Assembly (NCBI GenBank): GCA_002269645.1
Contig: NIVC01000702.1
Span: forward strand, 248,001 to 312,000
Length of the DNA: 64,000 bases
Reading direction: 5' to 3'
Source of the DNA: Macrostomum lignano
Lineage: Eukaryota
Position numbers and translations under genes: made by a program. Each line of letters begins with the position of its first letter. Positions within the stretch are counted from its first letter, which is position 1. Positions 34,555 to 46,200 of this stretch are shown in pieces. The notes beneath the pieces are model-generated. The model saw only the letters and a program-made list of their open reading frames with translations. It was not told the origin of the DNA and did no database searches.

Positions 34555-35660
34555 TGTGGCAGTTGGGGCTACCACTAACAGTTAATGAAATGCTTTCTCT
34601 AAATTTTTGAAATGTAAAATTATTTTTTAACACTTATTAAACCACCCTGTGACCATTCTCCACTATCCCCAGTTTTGGCCCTGTGTGTCCACCCTGTGTC
34701 CCCAGTTTTTGGTGTATTTCGTCATTTTCCCCATTCTTGTGACAGTTTTCCCACACCTTTCTTTGGCCTTTTGTGTCCCCTTTTTGGTAACTTTGTTTGA
34801 CTCCCATTGTTTTCCGTGTTAAGTTTTCTGTTCTTTGCTTGGTCTCCGTGACCACCTTTTGCCTCCAGTGTTTGACCCCAATAGTCCATCTGTTGCTTTT
34901 TTAATCCCTATTTAATGGTGCCCTTGGAGCTACCCATTTCTCATCCTTCCTTTTCCCCATTTGTTTTCCATTTCTCCCTCCTGCTTTTATCCCCCTTTTC
35001 CTTGCCTTGCCTTTGCCCATTCAATTTAATTGTTAATCTTTAATTCTGCCAATTTATTACGACAAGTGCTTAGTCTGTTAGTTTGTTAACGATCCAGTAG
35101 TGCACTGCGGCACCAGCCGAATCAATCCACCAGAGTAGGCTCAGTCAACATCTATTATTTTAATACTCTTAGCTAATTTTGCATGCCCGCCAATCTATTA
35201 GGCTGACTGAGCCAATCATTATCTTACAGCTCATAAACTCCAATAAAACAGTTGATCCACTATTTAATTTTTGTTAAATAATCTGAAGCCTAGCATATCT
35301 TGAGTCATTTGCTCTTGGGGCGTAAAATAACCCAGTCTCATTTCAAAGCAAGCTCTGAGACTTAATACGCAAATTACGGTGGTGGCAGCGCTATTCTACT
35401 GTTAGTAACAGGTCAAGCATACGAGATATGTTAAGCTTTTGGTGTTGGAGGCCAACGAAGACTGCTTGACTACGACTAAACTGCCCTCCCCCGGGATTGA
35501 GGACCCTGGCAATCAAAGTATCAGGAGAAAATTTGTTGAGTTTTGTCTGTGCCATATTTATGGATTTAATTCATGCAAACTCAACGTTGGCAAACCAGCC
35601 AGAATTTACTATCATTTATTAAAAAAAATTAAATAATTTCTTTACTCTGCCCCCACCTCA
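34555..35660 (+). repeat. 3' LTR of old Gypsy element
   Basis: Colinear with 29161-30241; followed by TSD CTAT. Confidence 0.86.
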
Positions 35661-37073
35661 CTATAAAACTAATTTGAAAGTGTAATAGTGGTACCTTGTT
35701 TCTAAGAAATCTGCTTTTCTAATTAGTGCGAAAATTCTATACTTGTTTGTTTTAATATGCGAAATATTCTCAAGTTGAAAGTTTTGTTTTAAATACATAC
35801 GATTTATTGGTATAAATAGGAGAGAGTTGAAGGAATGGAAAGACAACTCATTTGCTGGCTATAAGCTCAAAACGTGTTTGATAAACCATTCTTAGATCAT
35901 TGCTCATTTTATTCTAAAGAAGTATTGAGAGTCAGAATTGGGAATTCATACAAAGGGAATTAATATTAAGAGTAATTGCTGTGACCCTCTAATCTTGGTA
36001 ACGCCCAGACTAGAGAAAAAGAGAGAAAGTACATATACCAGTAAGACTGCTCAGGCCATATAGGCCTACTAAGAACGCTACTAGACTATATACTAAGAAC
36101 GATACCAGAACACTACTAAGAACGCTACCCAGAAAATATATGAGATTCTAAGAGATAGTTAGAAACATTAAGGCAAGATTTAGTAGAAATTTAATACAGG
36201 GAAATTAAAAACCCCTAGCACAACTTGGTGGCATTTAGTGGGATTAAAATTGATACAGTAGGAGGTAAAAGCCCTGTAACAACTTTGGTGGCAGTTAGTA
36301 AGATAGTTGGAGTACAGAAGTAAGCCCTAGGACAACTTGGTGTCAACAGAGGGATAGAGTGTCAGTGAGAGCAATAACCCCTGTTACAAAAGCATTTTAA
36401 GATAGGCCCCTAATTGAGTTAAAAAATAAAAATAGGACTAATGTATTAACAATGTCTATAGGCCTAATAGTATTAGTATTAGTATTATAGGCCAATTAAA
36501 GATTTATCAAAATTGCAAATCATTGGCTCAAGAACTTTAAGTGACTTTGGTGGCTGACTAGCATTTACAAAATAAATAGGCCTAGCTAGGCCTAGGCCCT
36601 AATTATTTAATTACATCTGAGATGGGGCCATACTCCATAGGCTTAGGTTAGGCCTAATTGCTTTGAAAATTTGGCAGTCTTCCTTACACCTTTGAGGCCT
36701 AGGCCTACTCTGAAGGCCCTTAGTAAACCAAACCAAATTCAAAGACTGAAATACAAATACTGGTCTCCTGGTCAGATCTCAAACATTTAGTTAAAGAAGA
36801 TTTAGTAGAATAGTAGGCGTATCTAAGAAGACTAGGGCCTAGCCAGCCACTCATAGAACATACTTACATACATTTATAAAAAACTGCTTTAGTCTTTTTG
36901 TTACATTGTCATTTTCTTCTCAGATTTTGTCAAATATAGGCCGAAGAAAATTATCTATTAACTTGAGAAAAGTAACGGCGCGTGCGCGTGCACGCAGTAG
37001 TCTGGCCAGCACGTTGTAACTGAGGTCGGGGGGGTTTGAAAACTATTCTCAGCTGCTGGGCTTCTTGAAATTC

Positions 37074-37414
37074 TGTAATAGTGCTCAATTTGCGTGCGCG
37101 TGCACTTCTAGTGTTTTCTCCGTATTTCTTTCTGCGTCACCCCACCCCTGCGTATAGCCTTTTCTAGAAATTTCTTTTTGTTTCTGATTGGCTGAAAACG
37201 CGTGAATAACGAGCCCCAACCAATAGAGTGCTTAATTAGTGCCTACCCTATCGGCGAAATCCGATTGGTTAGGATTTTCTAAGCTGCGTTTTTCACCCTG
37301 CCCTCCCCCATCGCGGTCAGTCTATTTAATCAAGCAAGCTGGAACGCAAATAAATCAAGTTTTTCTCTGACTAAAGAAGTCCCGGCAGCCCAAACTCAAG
37401 AATACGCGGCTACA
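37074..37414 (+). repeat. 5' LTR
   Basis: TGTAAT...CTACA. Confidence 0.97.
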
Positions 37415-37438
37415 TTGGCGACCACGCCAGTTTTCCAC

Positions 37439-38563
37439 ATGTGGAATAACGACGACTACCTGGAACTACGTGGACGTCTCGTCGAGCGACGGCGCAACGC
37501 AGGCGACGAGGCAGCTTCCGTTTCTACAGAGTCTACGAACGCGTCCAACCCCTTCGTGTCGATGTCCACAGTCAGCGAAGCCACAAATCCCTTCCTCGTT
37601 GCCAACGACCTTCAGAGGGCACACCCGGCGGAAGTCTCAACCAACCCGTTCCTTGAAGACATCGACCAAGCGTCAGGGCAGGCCTCAGCAATTCAGCAGT
37701 ACGCCTATCCTCCAGCTCATGGATACGCAGCGCTGCCAGACTACAATCCCGGACCGGCTCTTCCGCCAGTACCTAAGCCTGCACCGTACAACGGTCGGGA
37801 GGATTTCGACGACTTTCTCATCAGGATCAGCGCCTATATTAGCCGGTTCCCAGGCATTCGAGACGCCGACAAGATCAACACCCTGACTGCGTTCCTCGGA
37901 CCGGCCTTTGCAACGTACACCACCTGGCTGGCGATCCAGTGTGCCTACGTCGGACTGCCACCGGGGACAACCCTGGACCAGCTACCTGGTGTCCGCTATG
38001 AGGGCCTCGTTGAACACCTCCGGTCTCGTCACGGCGGGGCCAAGAGTGCAGCGCTACTTCGCCGCGAGTTCCGTGCTCGGCAGCGTCGACCAGAGGAGAG
38101 CTTCGAAACGTACCTGACGGAGCTTCAACGGCTAGCTGCAAGGGCATACCCGGACCCAAGAGCTCAGGCTTACGTCCAACAGACAGTTAGCGAGCAGTTC
38201 ATGCATGGTCTCAATGACGGCTACGTCACCGAGCGACTACTGAATCAACCAACACCACCAAGCACTGTGGAGCAGGTTCTACGAATAGCCCAGCAGCTTC
38301 GAGAAACCCGGGCCTACATGGATGCTGGCCGTGGCGAAATCCAGCCCCAGCAACCGAGACCACCACAGAGCCAACTTTCAGCGCCACCGAAACCACTAAT
38401 GCCTCAGCAGCCTGCCTCATCTGGCGGTCGAGGACAGCAACGACAGCAATCACCGGCTAGTTCCAACTGTTTCGGCTGCGGTCAGCCGGGCCACATCCGA
38501 CGCAATTGCCCAAACGCCGAGGGGGCTGGTTCACGAGGCCAGCACCGGCCCTCTCAGCACTAA
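37439..38563 (+). CDS. gag: Gag with one CCHC zinc knuckle
   Basis: First ATG 37439; PAPYNGREDFDDF, RQRRPEESFETY, CFGCGQPGHIRRNC. Confidence 0.92.
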   Translation: MWNNDDYLELRGRLVERRRNAGDEAASVSTESTNASNPFVSMSTVSEATNPFLVANDLQRAHPAEVSTNPFLEDIDQASGQASAIQQYAYPPAHGYAALPDYNPGPALPPVPKPAPYNGREDFDDFLIRISAYISRFPGIRDADKINTLTAFLGPAFATYTTWLAIQCAYVGLPPGTTLDQLPGVRYEGLVEHLRSRHGGAKSAALLRREFRARQRRPEESFETYLTELQRLAARAYPDPRAQAYVQQTVSEQFMHGLNDGYVTERLLNQPTPPSTVEQVLRIAQQLRETRAYMDAGRGEIQPQQPRPPQSQLSAPPKPLMPQQPASSGGRGQQRQQSPASSNCFGCGQPGHIRRNCPNAEGAGSRGQHRPSQH

Positions 38564-38570
38564 CGCATTC
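38509..38570 (+). promoter_or_regulatory. Candidate -1 ribosomal frameshift signal
   Basis: C CCA AAC heptamer in correct X XXY YYZ phase just after the CCHC, followed by GC-rich sequence able to pair (GCTGG/CCAGC; GAGGG/CCCTC). Confidence 0.6.
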
Positions 38571-41500
38571 GGCCTCAACACCACGCCTCAGCAGCTGCCA
38601 GCCTGGCCAGGTGCGCTTCGTCACAGCGCGCATCCTTAGACGACGGCGCCACTGTCTGATCGACACCGGGGCAGAGGTGTCCTGCATCAGCGATGACATA
38701 TGTAAGAAAGCTAGGCGGCGGCTGCAGCCCAGCAGCATCATCATAAGAGGCGTGGATGGCAACCTACAGTCTGTGCTGGGCGAGACTACTTTGGCAGTGA
38801 CTCTGGGAACCGTACAAGTCCATCATCGTTTCGTCGTACTCGAGAAGCTTCACCCGACGTCCGTCATCCTGGGCTGTGACTTCCTCAGTGAACACGACGT
38901 CTCGGTCCATCTCCAAGCCGGTTGCATCACTTTCAACAGCCTAGGCGTGTCGATTCCAGCTCGAAAAAGTAAAGAGGCAGCACAGACCTGCAAGCTCGTA
39001 TCAGCGGCCTCCGTGCAGCTGCAGCCAGGGGAGCGCTGGATAATCCCCGTTAAACCAGCAAAGTCGGCCTCGTGGACGCGATCGGAGTGTCCAGGAGTCG
39101 TCACCGGCACAAGATCACAGGGGCTCCTGGTGGGTCGTTGTGTTGCCAAGCTGGTCGAGAGAGGCATGGGCCTAGCAGTCATCAACGTCGACGACCACAC
39201 GGTCAACATCAGCGACGGCGACATTGTTGGCATCTTTTCCCCGCTAGGAAGTCAGCCATTCGTTCAGCAATCGGGTGCCGCTGGCAGCACGGCGGCGACG
39301 GCCGCTGGCAGCACGGCGGCGACGGCCACTGGCAGCACGGCGGCGACGGCCGCTGGCAGCACGGCGGCGACGGCCGCTGGCAGCACGGCGGCGACGGCCG
39401 CTGGCAGCACGGCGGCGACGGCCGCTGGCAGCACGGCGGCGACGGCCGCTGGCAGCACGGCGGCGACGGTCGCGGTCAGCACGGCTACATCAACAACAGC
39501 TTTAGCGACGGACTTACCTCGCACCAACTGGCTGAACGACGTGCACATCGAAAGCTCTATCTCCGTCGAAGAGCAACAGTCGGTCAAGGATTTGCTGTTA
39601 GAGTTCAGCACCGTTTTTGCATCCCCTGGCAATGCTGGTCGAACTGCAGTCCTGCAGCATCGCATCGACACCGGCGGGCAAGGCCGATCCGGCAGGGTTT
39701 GCGGCGTGCAGCGCGTCCAGTCATCGACAAGCAGGCCGAATTGATCGACGACATGCTGACCAAAGGAGTAATCCGGCCGTCTTCATCGCCTTGGGCTTCG
39801 CCAATCGTGCTTGTTCGTAAGAAGGACGGGACAGCGCGCTTTTGCTTAGACTATCGACTGCTCAATGAGGTCACCAAGCCGGACGCTTTTCCAATTCCGA
39901 GGATCGACGACACACTCGATGCGCTGCAAGGCAACGCCTACTTCTCGGCACTCGATCTGGAGAGTGGCTACTGGCAGGTTGAGGTCGAGGAGCGCGACAA
40001 AGAGAAAACTGCTTTCATCTGCCATCAAGGCCTCTTCGAGTTCAACGTCATGCCGTTTGGTCTGCGCAATGCCCCGGCAACCTTTCAACGCCTCATGCAG
40101 CTGGTGCTCCAAGGCCTGACCTGGCAAGCGTGCCTGGTCTTCATCGACGACGTTATTGTCATGGGCCGGACTATCGAGGAGCACAACTATCGGCTGCGGG
40201 CGGTGTTCGAGCGGCTGCGGGACGCGAACCTACGCTTGAAGCCATCTAAATGCCATTTCGCCAACACCACGATGATCGTCTTGGGTCATCGAGTTTCCAA
40301 GTCGGGTATCACCGTCGACGAGTCAAAGACTGCTGCGATCCGAGACTGGCCTACACCCCGAACTTCCAAGGAGGTCAAGAGCTTCCTAGGTCTCGCAGCC
40401 TACTATAGACGGTTCATTCGGGATTATTCAAAGATCGCCGAGCCGCTACGACGCCTGACGGTTCCGACAGAAAGGTTTCAGTGGACGTCCAAGGCCCAAG
40501 AAGCATTCGACCAACTGAAGGCAACACTGACCTCTGCTCCAATCCTCGCCTTCCCGGATACTAGTGCGACCAGCTCGGAGTTCATTCTGGACACTGACGC
40601 CAGCGACTGCGCCATTGGTGCGGTACTCTCTCAACTGCAGGCGGGCGAAGAACGAGTCATCGCGTACTCCAGCAGAGCACTAACAAAAGCCGAGCGCAAC
40701 TACTGTGTAACGAGGCGGGAGCTGCTGTCCGTCGTTGAGCATGTCAGGAAGTTCCGGAATTACCTGCTGCCTCGGAAGTTCACCGTGCGGGTCGATCATC
40801 AGTCTCTAACGCACCTGCTGACATTCAAGGAGCCCGAAGGTCAACTCGCGCGGTGGCTGCAGACGCTAGACGAGTTCGACTTCAGAGTACTCTATCGGCC
40901 GGGCCGTCAACACAACAACGCCGATGCGCTGTCCCGTCAGCAGCAGCGCTGTACCAACCAGTGTCGGGTGTGTCGACCAACAAATGAGACCACCAGCAGG
41001 ACGACATCCTCGGTTGCCTGCCAGACCGACGCCAACAGTGATGCCGCCGCTGCCGCCCAGATCAACGCAGCGACCATCAAGCTAGTGTCGACGGCTACCG
41101 ACGAAGCTGTTCAGACCGACAATGTGCATGTCTGCGTCGGCACCGTGCCATCAAGGCGCAAGCAAATCCATCAGCCCCGGTCGGACGACAGCGAAGAAAG
41201 CAGCAGCAGCGAGGACGACACCAACGAAGATGAATCCGCAGCGCCAGCGGCAGACAACAGGCCACCGACGCTACGTATGCTTCAGCTGCAGGATCCGGTT
41301 ATCAGTCCGGTGTTCCGACTGCTGGCCGACGGCAAGACTAGGTTTACCGACCGACAACGCGACCGAGTACCGCCGGAGAGCCTGGTGCTGGCGCAGAAGG
41401 TGCATGACTTGTGTTTCGTGAACGGTACACTGCACAGGCTGGTCAACACAAAGCCAGTACCCGTCATTCCCCGCTGCCGACAACGCGAATTTGTCGACGA

Positions 41501-42620
41501 GATTCACAACGTCGGCCACCTGGGCGAAGTCAAGACGCTGGCCAGCCTAAAGACGCGTTGCTACTGGCCAAAAATGTCGGAGAGCGTCCGGTTGGCCGTT
41601 CGGTCATGCCAGGTTTGCCAGCGGGCAAAGACTCCGGTTATCAAGCGGGCGCCGCTACAGTCCATCACTGCAGGGTTTCCAATGCAGCGTGTCGGGTTCG
41701 ACATTGTCAAGGTCGGCGCTTCCAGAAACGGCAACGATCGGATCCTGAGCATCGTCGACTACTTCAGCAAGTGGACGGAGCTGGTGCCGATTCCGGACGA
41801 GAAGGCGACGACAATTGCCAAGGCCCTCTTCAACAACTGGATCTCCAGGTGGGGTGCTCCGCATATTCTCCACTCCGACCGCGGCAAGAGCATCGATGGC
41901 CGCATCATTCGCAGTCTCTGTACACTATTGGAGGTCGACAAGACTCGAACGTCGGGCTATCATCCTCAATGTGACGGCCTCGTGGAGAGATTTCATCGGA
42001 CACTCCATCAGATGTTGCGCTGCCACCTTCAAACTGTCGATCCGCTGGACTGGGAGGACGCCCTGCCGTACTGTCTCCTAGCCTATCGAAGCAGCATCAG
42101 CGCGACGACCGGATTTTCCCCACATTTCCTGATGACGGGCCGGGAGGTGGTTCTGCCATTGGACGTTGTCTATCGGTCCCCAGAGCCTCCATCCGTCGTC
42201 GGCCAGTACGCAGTAGAGACCATTCAACGACTGCAGGACGCCTTTGACGCTGTGCGGAGGTCAACTGGCGCGGCTCAACGACGGCAGAAGCGGTACTACG
42301 ATCTGAAAGCCCAGAAGCGCAAGTTTCGCACCGGCGATCTAGTGTGGCTGTTCGTTCCGCCTGCTGTGCTGTCCAGGACCAACTGTCTGCCTCCGAAGCA
42401 TCAATCACCGTGGACAGGCCCATTTAAAGTCATGCGCAAGACATCACCTGTCAACTACTTGGTGCGGCCGATCAATTACACGGACGGGGAGATCAAGGGG
42501 CGCGTCGTGCATGTCAACAAGTTGAAGCGAGCGTGTCTGCAACGGACCCAGTCTGCTCAGCGTGCTGATCAGGACGCCAGTAGTGACGATGAAGGGCAAC
42601 TTGTTGACGCTGAGGACTGA
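38509..42620 (+). CDS. pol: Pol (PR-RT-RH-IN), -1 frame to gag, one 1-nt frameshift near 39677
   Basis: LIDTGA protease; LDLESGYWQ, FGLRNAP, FIDD; LDTDAS RNase H; HNVGH...CQVC; GFD/HSDRG/VERF; WTGPFKV. Confidence 0.92.
39280..39475 (+). repeat. 24-bp in-frame repeat encoding (AAGSTAAT)n in pol
   Basis: ~8 copies of GCCGCTGGCAGCACGGCGGCGACG. Confidence 0.92.
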
Positions 42621-42876
42621 CTAACGCACGTTGAGGACTGACTGACTGGTTGTAGCCAGCAGTTTTGCTTTATAGGTCGTAGGTCTAGAACTTTTTAATA
42701 GCGTCTATCTATTAGCTTAGTAATCCTGATTTAGATTTAATTGTTCGAAACCCGGTTATCTCGAATTGTTCTATTTGCTACAGCTGGTTCTGTTCTTCCC
42801 TATTGGAGTAGCTTTCATCTGTCGTTTCCACCCCTTGGGTTTAATGAGGACATTAAACTGTTGAAAGGGGAGCTTT

Positions 42877-43213
42877 TGTAATAGTGCTCAATTTGCGTGC
42901 GCGTGCACTTCTAGTGTTTTCTCCGTATTTCTTTCTGCGTCACCCCACCCCTGCGTATAGCCTTTTCTAGAAATTTCTTTTTGTTTCTGATTGGCTGAAA
43001 ACGCGTGAATAACGAGCCCCAACCAATAGAGTGCTTAGTGCCTACCCTATCGGCGAAATCCGATTGGTTAGGATTTTCTAAGCTGCGTTTTTCACCCTGC
43101 CCTCCCCCATCGCGGTCAGTCTATTTAATCAAGCAAGCTGGAACGCAAATAAATCAAGTTTTTCTCTGACTAAAGAAGTCCCGGCAGCCCAAACTCAAGA
43201 ATACGCGGCTACA
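42877..43213 (+). repeat. 3' LTR
   Basis: TGTAAT...CTACA. Confidence 0.97.
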
Positions 43214-46200
43214 ATTCGTTCGTTCTCGTCCGTTCGAATCGGTGCGCTTTGTCGTTTCAAACAAACTTAACGAAGATTTCGGCTTGTAGATGACGGGGAG
43301 CTCCGCTGCTGAGTTCCTCAGGCTCAGGGGGAGGGTAGCTGTGGTCGCGGCTGAGCGGTCTAGTATGCCGACGTTCAGGAGGCCGAATGCAGAGATTTGT
43401 AGCCGATGAGGGGCACTTCAAAATGAACTAAAGTTTCTCGAGAGTGTTACTAATAGTAGTAGGTCGCTGCCACCAACGCGATTTTACGCGGGAAAAGCTC
43501 TAAAGCTGAAAACTAGCTCGAGTTTGCTCTAGCGCTTCTCGATAGACCTCTAAGGGTCAAAATAAAGTGCTTGAGGTCACGAAGCTAAGACACCGTTTCA
43601 CACACAGAACTAAATGGGCCGGTATAAATATTTGGCCGAAAACTGGGTAATTATTATTATCAGGCGGCACTAAGTGAAGTAGCAGGATTAAGTATAACAA
43701 AACAATTCGCTTAATATTAGACTTAGATTGGTGGACGAGGAGCTGGTCGGGTCGGGATACTGGGCTTACAAGATAGGGGCCTCTCGTAGTGGTCTGAGTC
43801 GGGTCGGCGGGATTCCTTGGAGTTCGGGCAAAGGACACGAGAGTCTGGCTGGAAAGGCGGGGCGCAGACTCTTAAATTAGGTTCTTAGGAACCACCGGGC
43901 GGAAGCGGGTTACCCCGGGTGGGACCAAAGAGACACACGGTGGGGAGAGGGGAGGGTACACCGGGTGGTGACGACTAAACAACGGGTGGACCCTATGGAA
44001 AACGCAGTAAAACAAAATTTGTCAGGGGGTGGGAAGTAAAATTACATTTGCGTAAAACGCTTTCCGCGCAGGGAAAGTGACGTCAAAGTTCGGAATCCAC
44101 TGAGTAAAATCCTCCACACCGTGGAAAATAAGGTTACATTCAGTGGGAGGTAGTGGGAGGCCTCGCCTACCACATTACCATAGGAAAGTTTAAATGAAAT
44201 CTAAGAAAATAAGCAGTATAACTGTTTCAACACCATAGCTTATTTTTATAAGTTATATTTTGCTTGAATATAGCAGCATTAATATTAAAAATTTACTTGA
44301 ATCTGAATCCTCTTTAGGGGTAAGAAAGTTAATATCTGTAAAATAGATCTGGCTAAAAACGCCTTTTTCGGCTTTTGTTTTTTTATTGTATTCTTTAACC
44401 GGAATGTTCGAGAATTATAAGTCAGTTACATCGAGTATGGGATGAGGACACACCTTTTTTTCCAAATTTCACGCTCGCACATGGGCTTCAAACTTGCCAG
44501 CCTATTAACAGCAGGCTCATGGACAACTAGAGTACTAGAGTAGCGGCATTTTATGTAATTTTTTCTAGAATTCGTCCTATAGTAGGATCTCTGTAGCTTA
44601 TATGATTTTGCCATACTTGTAGTTATAATAACATAGGTGCAGTTTTTGCTACTTTTGGGGTCATAAATCATTGCTTTTGAGCTTGGTCTGACTGCACCTG
44701 CGCTTCACTCAATGCTGCAGAGGCTGGCGCCAGATGTCTGAGAGGATGGCGGGCGGTAGCTTTTTCTCATCATTTTTGACAGGCCATCAGATTTATGAGG
44801 TCAGGGCCTATTGTTCGTGTTCACTCAAGCGTTTGACAGCTTTGACAGCTATGCGTTTTACCCCTAAAAGTACTTTGACATTAGCGATTAGTGATTTCTC
44901 TTCACCGTCTTCACTTTCTACTTATGATCTCTCTAAACGAATGTTTTTTCATTGATTTTCGTAATTCCTACGCGAAAGGTCATAATTATCATTGTGTAGC
45001 GATTTTGAGTGATTTATGACAACACACTGCACCTGGCGTATTTTATGGCCCCGAGGGAACTGAGGATCTTCTGGTCGCGTGAGTTTAGGTAGCAACAAGC
45101 TCAGCCAATCAGAAAATTCGACGTCAGGTATAACAATTCGGCTCAGCCAATCAGCGTCGAGGTGTTCCATATAACAAATTGCGGTCAAGTTGGCGGCTAT
45201 AAAAACCTGCGTTTTTGGCCCGCTCGGACTTTAACTTGGTCGGTCGCGTGTCACTTAACCTGGCCAAACACTTGCCCGGACCCATGCAGTACACAACTTC
45301 TGGTTCCCGGAGCTCGACCATCGTCTCTTGATCCCCGGATCGCGACCTCCCCCATCATCATCAAAGACGAATTCCCCCGGACAACAGCAACGATCATCAA
45401 GAATAAGATCATCACCTGCTAGCTGAGTTGCGAAGTTTGTGACAGCATCATCCCGGGCCTATAGCTGCAAAGCACTAAGCCGATTCGGTCACTGTGGATT
45501 ACCTGGTCTCCGGCTGTTGAGTTTCTGATTGGTTGGGTGAGAGGCTATACCTATATTTGCTTGATCATCGGCCGGGTGATCCCTTAGTGCAAAATCGGCG
45601 CTAGAGGTGTTCTCTGTGCACTTCTAGATTCACCAAGCGGCTCGGGTAATGAAGCATGTGGTCTCTGAGGTTCGAGTTAGCCTATCATCAGCGCTATGAG
45701 AGGCCATTTGGAGCCCGTGTGTGTTTTGGGTGATTTTGCTTCGATCGCGATTTGGCTACTGAGCTTTCCGCTTGTCCTATTCATTTTACGGGCTATCCGT
45801 TCCCCAGCATATGTCTCCATGCAGCTACATGTAGTTTGCTGGCTGGCAAGATGGCCATCCGCTTTGAGTCTCTCTGCTTCACCGTCTCACGCTTCTCCAA
45901 TACAGCAGCACGGTTAACTCCCTCCGACCCCCACTCTTAAGTTTTTATATGTTACTTCCTCAAAGACGATCCTATATATCCTGTCCAGGCCACTTTAATT
46001 TCCCCGATGACTCATCAGATAATGACTCATTGTTTGACTCATGGGCCTTCATGCGCCCACCCAAATCTTTTTCTTCACCTCAACTGCATCCGCTCTTTTT
46101 GCGGATTTTGTTCGAAATCACTGCATGAACATCCACTGCACTGGATCACGCCACACCTCCACAATGAACTCCACACCTACATGTAGCCTGCAAGCCATTC

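Larger units (their letters stand above)
29161..35660 (+). mobile_element. Old Gypsy-type LTR retrotransposon with PR/RT/RH deleted
   Basis: ~1.1-kb diverged LTRs (29161-30241, 34555-35660) TG...CA; 4-bp TSD CTAT; PBS TGGTGTCAG..AAGTGGGAT resembling tRNA-Leu type; decayed gag then integrase core. Confidence 0.88.
37074..43213 (+). mobile_element. Young, near-intact Ty3/Gypsy LTR retrotransposon
   Basis: LTRs 341 and 337 bp identical except one 4-bp indel; 4-bp TSD ATTC; PBS-like TGGCGACC; PPT GAAAGGGGAG; gag then -1 pol. Confidence 0.97.

Noticed and set aside
44426-44671. 81-aa minus-strand ORF as transposase remnant
   Set aside because: No recognisable motif, non-ATG start, no TIR or TSD identified
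45995-46025. Hammerhead ribozyme (CTGATGAG...GAAA on minus strand)
   Set aside because: Stem II does not close with the required G-C pair before GAAA and stems I/III were not found
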